Source of the DNA: Candidatus Tectimicrobiota bacterium
GTDB lineage: Bacteria > JACPUC01
Reading direction: 5' to 3'
Length of the DNA: 64,000 nt
Assembly (NCBI GenBank): GCA_016192455.1
Contig: JACPUC010000026.1
Location: forward strand, 198,821-262,820
Below, in pieces: positions 58,362-64,000 of this stretch; the first letter of the stretch is position 1, and the number at the start of each line of letters is the position of its first letter. The notes under the pieces were generated by a model that worked only from the letters and a program-made list of their open reading frames with translations, had not been told where the DNA came from and ran no database searches. Made by a program: the position numbers and the translations under genes.

Positions 58362-59025
58362 GTTTTTTCATTTTCACCGTCATTACATTAGCATCGAGTT
58401 CCTGGGAAGGGCGCAGGGTCGCCTACCTACATGGGTCTCCGGGCTCCGATGTTCGACTGCCTCAGCCAATGAAGCTAAGAATCTAGCCAGGCGTTGAAGC
58501 AGACTCCGCAGTGCTTAGGAGAAAGGCTGAAGAGAGAGTCCATCTCTACCGCTCTTCCGGGCGGTTTGTTCGCGGTGTCAAGCATGGCGAGGCGTCACGC
58601 TCCTGCTAGCCGCAGTGCTTTTCCTCTTTCCTTGATAGCACAACATCCTGCTATCATCGCCTGCCACGTCACTGTAGTCCGTTCTCTCCACTTGGCAAGA
58701 TCACCATTCAAGTGCGCCTCCACGATCCCATCGCAAACCCCGGTTAAAGCTAAGTCTGAACGCCCCAAATATCCTTTTAGTTTCTCATGCCTTAACTTCA
58801 AAGCACAAATTTATGAACGCCGCCTAAATTATTCACATTTCAGTGAACCATACGCACCATCCTTAGATACTTTCTCCAGCAACTCTTCCTATTCATTCCG
58901 CCGCACCATGATGTGTCAAAAAGCCGATGTTCAATATGTCAGCAGTGCCCTGTTACTCCATTGTGGTAAACTTCTCACCTGCCAATCGTTGCGTTTCCAG
59001 CGTGGTGTCAAAAAGGAGATCTCCT

Positions 59026-59793
59026 ATGCATGATACGACTCGCACGCGAAAGAAGATGGACCGCCGAACCTTCCTCAAGCGTTCACTAGCTTCGGGAGTG
59101 GCTGCGGCAACGGCGGCAGCAGCAGCCCCTAGCAACGCTGCGGAGCCGAAGGCCCACCCGAGCAAACAGCTCGGCATGGTGATCGACCTGAAGAAGTGTA
59201 TTGGGTGTAATGCTTGCACGATCTCCTGCAAGAGCGAGAACCATACCCCGCCGGGGGTGGTCTACAACGTGGTGCTTGAAGAAGAAGTGGGAGAATACCC
59301 CTATGTGTCGCGGCGATTCCTGCCGCGGCCCTGCATGCATTGCAAGAATCCCTCCTGCACGAAAGTGTGCCCGGTTGGGGCCACCTATAAACGAGAGGAG
59401 GATGGCATCGTCGTTATTGACTATGATCGTTGCATCGGCTGCCGCTACTGCATTGCAGCCTGTCCTTACGACGCGCGGTACTTCGACTTCGGTGAAGAAT
59501 ATAATGCCACCCCTACGGCGTTCGACCAATCCCTTTCCCCCGAATATGGCGAGTTGCGCAAGCGGCGCAAAGGGCGTTCCCCCATCGGCAATACCCGCAA
59601 GTGCACCCTCTGTCTCCACCGGATTAAGAAAGGGCTACAACCGGCCTGCGTCGATACCTGCCTCGGTCGTGCGCGTTACTTCGGCGATGTGGCGGATAAA
59701 CAAGGGCCGTTGTGGCAGATGATCTCGAGACGCAGTCACATGCGCCTGCGCGAGGACTTGGGCAACGAACCATCTGTTTACTACCTACTGTAG
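59026..59793 (+). CDS. Tat-exported 4x[4Fe-4S] electron-transfer subunit (TtrB/SrdB/DmsB-like)
   Basis: MDRRTFLK twin-Arg signal; CIGCNACTISC, CMHCKNPSCTKVCP, CIGCRYCIAACPY and KCTLC...ACVDTC. Confidence 0.92.
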   Translation: MHDTTRTRKKMDRRTFLKRSLASGVAAATAAAAAPSNAAEPKAHPSKQLGMVIDLKKCIGCNACTISCKSENHTPPGVVYNVVLEEEVGEYPYVSRRFLPRPCMHCKNPSCTKVCPVGATYKREEDGIVVIDYDRCIGCRYCIAACPYDARYFDFGEEYNATPTAFDQSLSPEYGELRKRRKGRSPIGNTRKCTLCLHRIKKGLQPACVDTCLGRARYFGDVADKQGPLWQMISRRSHMRLREDLGNEPSVYYLL

Positions 59794-59810
59794 ACCGGGA
59801 GGTATTGGCG

Positions 59811-61094
59811 ATGGATCAAGGAATCTTGCTGCAGAACAGGACCCTGTTTCGCGGCATGCTCGGGATGATTCTCGTTGCCCTGGTGATCGGTAGCATAGGC
59901 ATGGTCATCCGATTCAGTGAAGGACTCAGGGTCACCAATCTCGGCAGCATCATTCCGTGGGGCCTGTGGGTAGGCTTCTACATTTATTTCATTGGGTTGA
60001 GCGCCGGCTCGTTCTTGCTCTCGACGCTCGTCTACGTGTTCCGCCTCGAAAAGTATGAGCCATTGGGACGGCTGGCGTTGTTCCAGGCTCTTATCTGCCT
60101 GGTGATCGGGCTGCTTTTCGTCTTCATCGACCTGGGGCATCCCTGGCGATTTTATATGGTGTACATCTCCCAGAACTGGCATTCCGTGCTTGAATGGGAA
60201 ATCCACTTCTACCTGCTCTATATCGTCTTGCTTGCCGCTGAGCTTCACCTGGTGATGCGGGAGGATTTTCGCCTCCTTGCCGAGCGCAAGCGGGGCGTCA
60301 GGCGGTTTGTATATCGCCTCTTGTCGCTCTGGGCGGATGCGCCAACTCCCCGCATCAGGGAACGTGCCGCCACCGTACTGAAGGTATGCGGAATCATTGG
60401 CATCCCCACCGCCATCGCCGTGCACGGCGGCACCGGCGCCATCTTCGCGGTCGTCAAGGCCCGACCGTACTGGTACTCCTCTCTCTTCCCCGTCATCTTC
60501 CTGGTGTCGGCGTTGGTCTCCGGGGGCGGGCTCATGCTCTTCTTGCGGGCTTTCTTCTTTAGCAACGAGACGCCGGAGGAGCGCGACATGCTTGCCGGAC
60601 TTGGAAAGATGACAGGCGGCCTGCTGGCGCTGGACCTCTTACTTCTGTCAATCGAGACGCTGGTCGGGTTCTACGGCGACATTCCAGAACACGTCGCAAC
60701 CCTGCGGATGATCATGTTCAATGGACGGTATGCCTGGGCCTTTTGGATTCTTCAAGTAGCCATCGGAACCATTCTTCCCCTCATTATCTTTCTTTCCGGA
60801 CGAGCTTCCCGATCGGTGGCGGCTCTGGGATTCGCTGGATTGAGCATTGTCGTGGGCATCGTGTCGGTGCGCATGAACATCGTCATCCCCGCGCTTGCCT
60901 TGGCCATCTTGCCGGGACTGACGGAGGCGTACCACAACATCCGGCTCGATGCAGTCTACGCCCCGAGCCTCGTTGAATGGCTTACCACCATCTTCGCCTT
61001 GGGTCTGTTCGCCTTGCTTCTCGTTGCCGGACTGCGGCTCCTGCCCCTCGGCAAGAATCGTTTTTGGCAACGGGCAACCCTCGCGGAGGAGTAA
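59811..61094 (+). CDS. NrfD/PsrC/TtrC family membrane anchor
   Basis: PWGLWVGFYIYFIGLSAG, DLGHPWR and HGGTG.IF.V..ARP.W. Confidence 0.9.
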   Translation: MDQGILLQNRTLFRGMLGMILVALVIGSIGMVIRFSEGLRVTNLGSIIPWGLWVGFYIYFIGLSAGSFLLSTLVYVFRLEKYEPLGRLALFQALICLVIGLLFVFIDLGHPWRFYMVYISQNWHSVLEWEIHFYLLYIVLLAAELHLVMREDFRLLAERKRGVRRFVYRLLSLWADAPTPRIRERAATVLKVCGIIGIPTAIAVHGGTGAIFAVVKARPYWYSSLFPVIFLVSALVSGGGLMLFLRAFFFSNETPEERDMLAGLGKMTGGLLALDLLLLSIETLVGFYGDIPEHVATLRMIMFNGRYAWAFWILQVAIGTILPLIIFLSGRASRSVAALGFAGLSIVVGIVSVRMNIVIPALALAILPGLTEAYHNIRLDAVYAPSLVEWLTTIFALGLFALLLVAGLRLLPLGKNRFWQRATLAEE

Positions 61095-61096
61095 CC

Positions 61097-64000
61097 ATGG
61101 ATAGAAAGCGCCGCAACTTCCTCAGGACAACCGCCCTTGTGGGTTCAGCCGTGGCCGTGGGCGCCAAGGTGCAGCAAGTGATGACGCGTCTGGCGTACGC
61201 TGCGCATGAACAAACAATGGGAGAGTCCACGTTCGACTACGCCCAGCAGCATGCCGAAAACCGCATCTACAGCACCTGCTTGCAGTGTCACACCGCCTGC
61301 CAGATCGCCGCCAAGATCGTCGATGAGGTATGCGTGAAGCTTGATGGGAGCCCCTACAGTCCCCAGAATCTACTCCCTCACATTGCTTACGAAACCTCTC
61401 TTCAAGAAGCGGCAAAGATTGATGGCAAGCTCTGCCCGAAAGGACAGGCCGGAATCGAGACGCTCTACGATCCTTACCGCATCAGAAAAGTGTTGAAGCG
61501 GGATGGTCCGCGTGGCTCGAACCGCTGGAAGACCATTTCGTTCGAGGATGCCATCCGCGAGATCGTGGAAGGCGGCAAGCTCTTCGCGCACCTGAACGAG
61601 CAGCAGGAGGTGGAAGGCCTGCGCTCCATCTTCGCTCTTCGCGATGCCTCGCAGGCAGCGGCGCTGGCTGCTGATATTCAGCGCCTCCGCTCAAGAACCA
61701 TCAGCCTGGCCGAGTTTCGCTCCAAGCATCGTGACGCTGCCGAGGTGCTGATCGATCCCAATCATCCAGACCTGGGCCCGAAGAACAACCAGTTCGTGTT
61801 TCTGGCGGGGCGCATCGAGCATGGTCGCAAGGAGTTCATGAATTGGTTCACGCGAACTTCCTTTGGCTCCGTGAACACAATTGAACACACCTCCATCTGC
61901 GAGCAGAGCCACCATATCGCCTACGGCCAGGTCACCGCGCAGCCGCAGGGCAAAACATGGAAGCCCGGCCTCACCCATTTGAAACCCGACGCCGCCAACG
62001 CTGAATACATCCTCTTCTTCGGCACCGGCGCCTTCGAGGCGAACTTCGGCCCCACGCCAATGGCCGAGAAGATCACCCAGGGCATGGTCGACAGGAATCT
62101 GAAGATCGATGTCGTCGACCCGCGGCTCTCCAAGACAGCCGGCAAAGCCAGCTCCTGGATCCCCATCAAGCCAGGCACCGACGGCATGCTGGCCCTGGCC
62201 ATGGCAAGCTGGATCATCTCCCAGGAGCGCTTCGACCGCCGCTACCTCGAGAATGCCAATGTGGCTGCGGCCCTGGCAGATGGCGAACCCACCTGGACGA
62301 GCGCGACTTACCTGGTGAAGCTGGAGAACGACCGACCAAGCCGCTTTGTTCGTGCCAGCGAGCTGGCTCTCGGGAAGGAGGACGAGTTCGTTGTTCTCAG
62401 CGCTGGCAAACCAACGGCGGTTCGCCCGAACGACACAAAGACCCCGATCCATGGCGACCTCTTTGCCAGCTACGGCAGAGATGGCCTTCAGGCGAAAACC
62501 TCCTTTGCCCTGTTCGCCGAACTGGCCCAAAAGACCAGCCTGGAAACGTACGCGAACCGTTGCGGCGTTGCCAAGGACGAGATCGTTCGCCTGGCTCGCG
62601 AGTTCACCAGCCATGGCAAGCGCGCCGTGGCGGAGTTTTACCGCGGTGCCGTTAAGCACACCGACGGCTACTACCAGGCGCAGGCGATCATCTCCCTCAA
62701 CCTCTTGCTGGGAAACGCGGACTGGAAGGGCGGGCTAAGCAAGGGAGGCGGCCACTGGCACGAATTCGGCGGCAAACCGGGGAACCTTTTTGATTTCAAG
62801 AAACTCAATGCCGGCGCCCTGAAGACGTTTGGCATGCCCATCTCGCGCGAGGCTTGGGCCTACGAGGAGACGACGCTTTTCGGCGGCAAGGGGTACCCGG
62901 CGCGGCGTCCCTTCTATCCCTATAGCAACAATATCTACCAAGAAGTGATCCCGTCGGGGGCCGAGGGCTACCCTTACCAAGCCAAAGTTCTCCTCCTGCA
63001 CAAGGGCACGCCGGCCTTGTCGACTCCAGCAGGACACAAGTTTATCGACCTGCTGCGCGATACCACGAAGATACCGCTGTTCATCTCCTGCGACATCGTG
63101 CTCGGAGAGACGACGATGTACGCGGACTACGTGTTTCCCGACCTCACGTATCTGGAGCGCTGGGGAACGCCGCACGTTACCCCTGATGTGCAGACGAAAG
63201 CAAGCAAGGTGCGTCAACCAGTCGTCGAACCTCTTACCGAATCCGTGACCATTGATGGTGAGGAAATGCCGATCTGCATGGAAGCCCTGCTTATCGCCTT
63301 GGGCAAGAGGCTCGGTCTTTCAGGGTTCGGTCGGGATGCTTTCGGCGCTGGAGAGCACTTCAATCGGCCCGAAGATTTCTATTTGAAAGCCGTTGCCAAC
63401 ATCGCCCATGGTGACAAACCAGGCGAGGCGGTTCCGGAGGCGAGCGATGAGGAACTCGCGCTCTTTCAGAAAGCTCGTCGTCATCTCCCCAAGTCCGTCT
63501 TTGACGAGGCACAATGGCGCAGGGCGGTTGCCGGCGATGAAGCCCGCTGGCGGCGCACCGTCTATGTGCTGAACCGCGGGGGACGCTTTGAGGCTGCCGA
63601 CAAGGCGTATACCGGGGATCGCCTAACCCATCGCTACGGAGAGATGTTCAACTTCTTCTGCGAAGAGGTGGCTTTGGGTCACAACAGCATAAGTGGAAAG
63701 CTCTTCGAAGGCTTTCCGCATCCAGAACCACCGCAGGATGCCGCAGGCAAACCTGTGAAGCAGTCGGGACACCGGTTTACCTTGCTTACCTACAAGACGA
63801 TCCACCACGGGCAGTCCCGCACCGCACCGCCAGACTACTGGCTCGCAGACCTGTTGCCGGAAAACCATGTGCTGATGAACGCCGCCGATGCGCGGAAGCT
63901 AGCCTTGAAGGCAGGGGACATTGTACGCCTCGTCTCGCAGTCAAACCGCGATGGCATGTTTGATGTCGGGGATGGCAGACGACTGGCAGTGCAGGGGAAA
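61097..64000 (+). CDS. Tat-exported DMSO-reductase-family molybdoenzyme catalytic subunit, TtrA/SrdA-like (partial; runs off the window)
   Basis: Not in the ORF track because it has no stop. Manual translation is open for 968 codons: RRNFLR signal, YSTCLQCHTAC...KLCPKG [4Fe-4S] motif, EHTSICEQSHH Mo-ligand region (Cys), VDPRLSKTA and ADYVFPD..YLE. Confidence 0.88.
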   Translation, partial: MDRKRRNFLRTTALVGSAVAVGAKVQQVMTRLAYAAHEQTMGESTFDYAQQHAENRIYSTCLQCHTACQIAAKIVDEVCVKLDGSPYSPQNLLPHIAYETSLQEAAKIDGKLCPKGQAGIETLYDPYRIRKVLKRDGPRGSNRWKTISFEDAIREIVEGGKLFAHLNEQQEVEGLRSIFALRDASQAAALAADIQRLRSRTISLAEFRSKHRDAAEVLIDPNHPDLGPKNNQFVFLAGRIEHGRKEFMNWFTRTSFGSVNTIEHTSICEQSHHIAYGQVTAQPQGKTWKPGLTHLKPDAANAEYILFFGTGAFEANFGPTPMAEKITQGMVDRNLKIDVVDPRLSKTAGKASSWIPIKPGTDGMLALAMASWIISQERFDRRYLENANVAAALADGEPTWTSATYLVKLENDRPSRFVRASELALGKEDEFVVLSAGKPTAVRPNDTKTPIHGDLFASYGRDGLQAKTSFALFAELAQKTSLETYANRCGVAKDEIVRLAREFTSHGKRAVAEFYRGAVKHTDGYYQAQAIISLNLLLGNADWKGGLSKGGGHWHEFGGKPGNLFDFKKLNAGALKTFGMPISREAWAYEETTLFGGKGYPARRPFYPYSNNIYQEVIPSGAEGYPYQAKVLLLHKGTPALSTPAGHKFIDLLRDTTKIPLFISCDIVLGETTMYADYVFPDLTYLERWGTPHVTPDVQTKASKVRQPVVEPLTESVTIDGEEMPICMEALLIALGKRLGLSGFGRDAFGAGEHFNRPEDFYLKAVANIAHGDKPGEAVPEASDEELALFQKARRHLPKSVFDEAQWRRAVAGDEARWRRTVYVLNRGGRFEAADKAYTGDRLTHRYGEMFNFFCEEVALGHNSISGKLFEGFPHPEPPQDAAGKPVKQSGHRFTLLTYKTIHHGQSRTAPPDYWLADLLPENHVLMNAADARKLALKAGDIVRLVSQSNRDGMFDVGDGRRLAVQGK

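Noticed and set aside
58595-58801. 68-aa ORF in the ars/ttr intergenic region
   Set aside because: TTG start without a clear RBS, upstream in-frame stops and no recognisable domain. It may be a remnant, but I cannot support a call.
61097-64000. ArrA/ArxA, or a Sec-containing formate dehydrogenase
   Set aside because: The ligand region reads HTSICEQSHH with Cys and no TGA, the gene order is B-C-A, and I found no ArxA-type GRGWG motif.

Overview
High-GC chromosomal window from a diderm bacterium (lptF/lptG present). I found no rRNA, intact tRNA, CRISPR array or intact transposase/integrase. 1-21 kb is mixed housekeeping and accessory genes: PgeF, an HD-GYP response regulator, a Kelch protein, a Pof1/NadD-like adenylyltransferase, a PpiC foldase, LptFG, a GSDH beta-propeller, a NitT/TauT ABC pair whose binding protein carries an in-frame TAG, and a lone hydantoinase B. 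21-38 kb is an anaerobic aromatic-catabolism cluster: 4-hydroxybenzoyl-CoA reductase-like hcrCAB, an acyl-CoA dehydrogenase, an FNR-type regulator with FNR boxes, class I benzoyl-CoA reductase bcrCBAD, two amidohydrolases, a BadH-like SDR and two hemerythrins. The usual dch/had/oah ring-cleavage genes are absent from the window. 38-55 kb holds further CoA and Mo metabolism: MoeA, an orphan xanthine-oxidase-family large subunit, and a RidA/CoA-transferase/thiolase/B12-mutase/2-hydroxyacid dehydrogenase operon. It ends with a DsbA-fold gene that the ORF track truncates because it has an in-frame TGA in a CxxU motif followed by a SECIS-like hairpin, i.e. a probable selenoprotein. From about 55.5 kb the DNA looks less GC-rich and carries arsR-acr3-arsC divergent from a ttrBCA/srdBCA-like Tat-exported molybdoenzyme operon, whose catalytic subunit runs off the window. 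A ~190-200 bp MITE-like repeat occurs five times, with a swappable central hairpin (two copies carry a GTAG REP). All calls come from motif recognition by eye; no searches were run.
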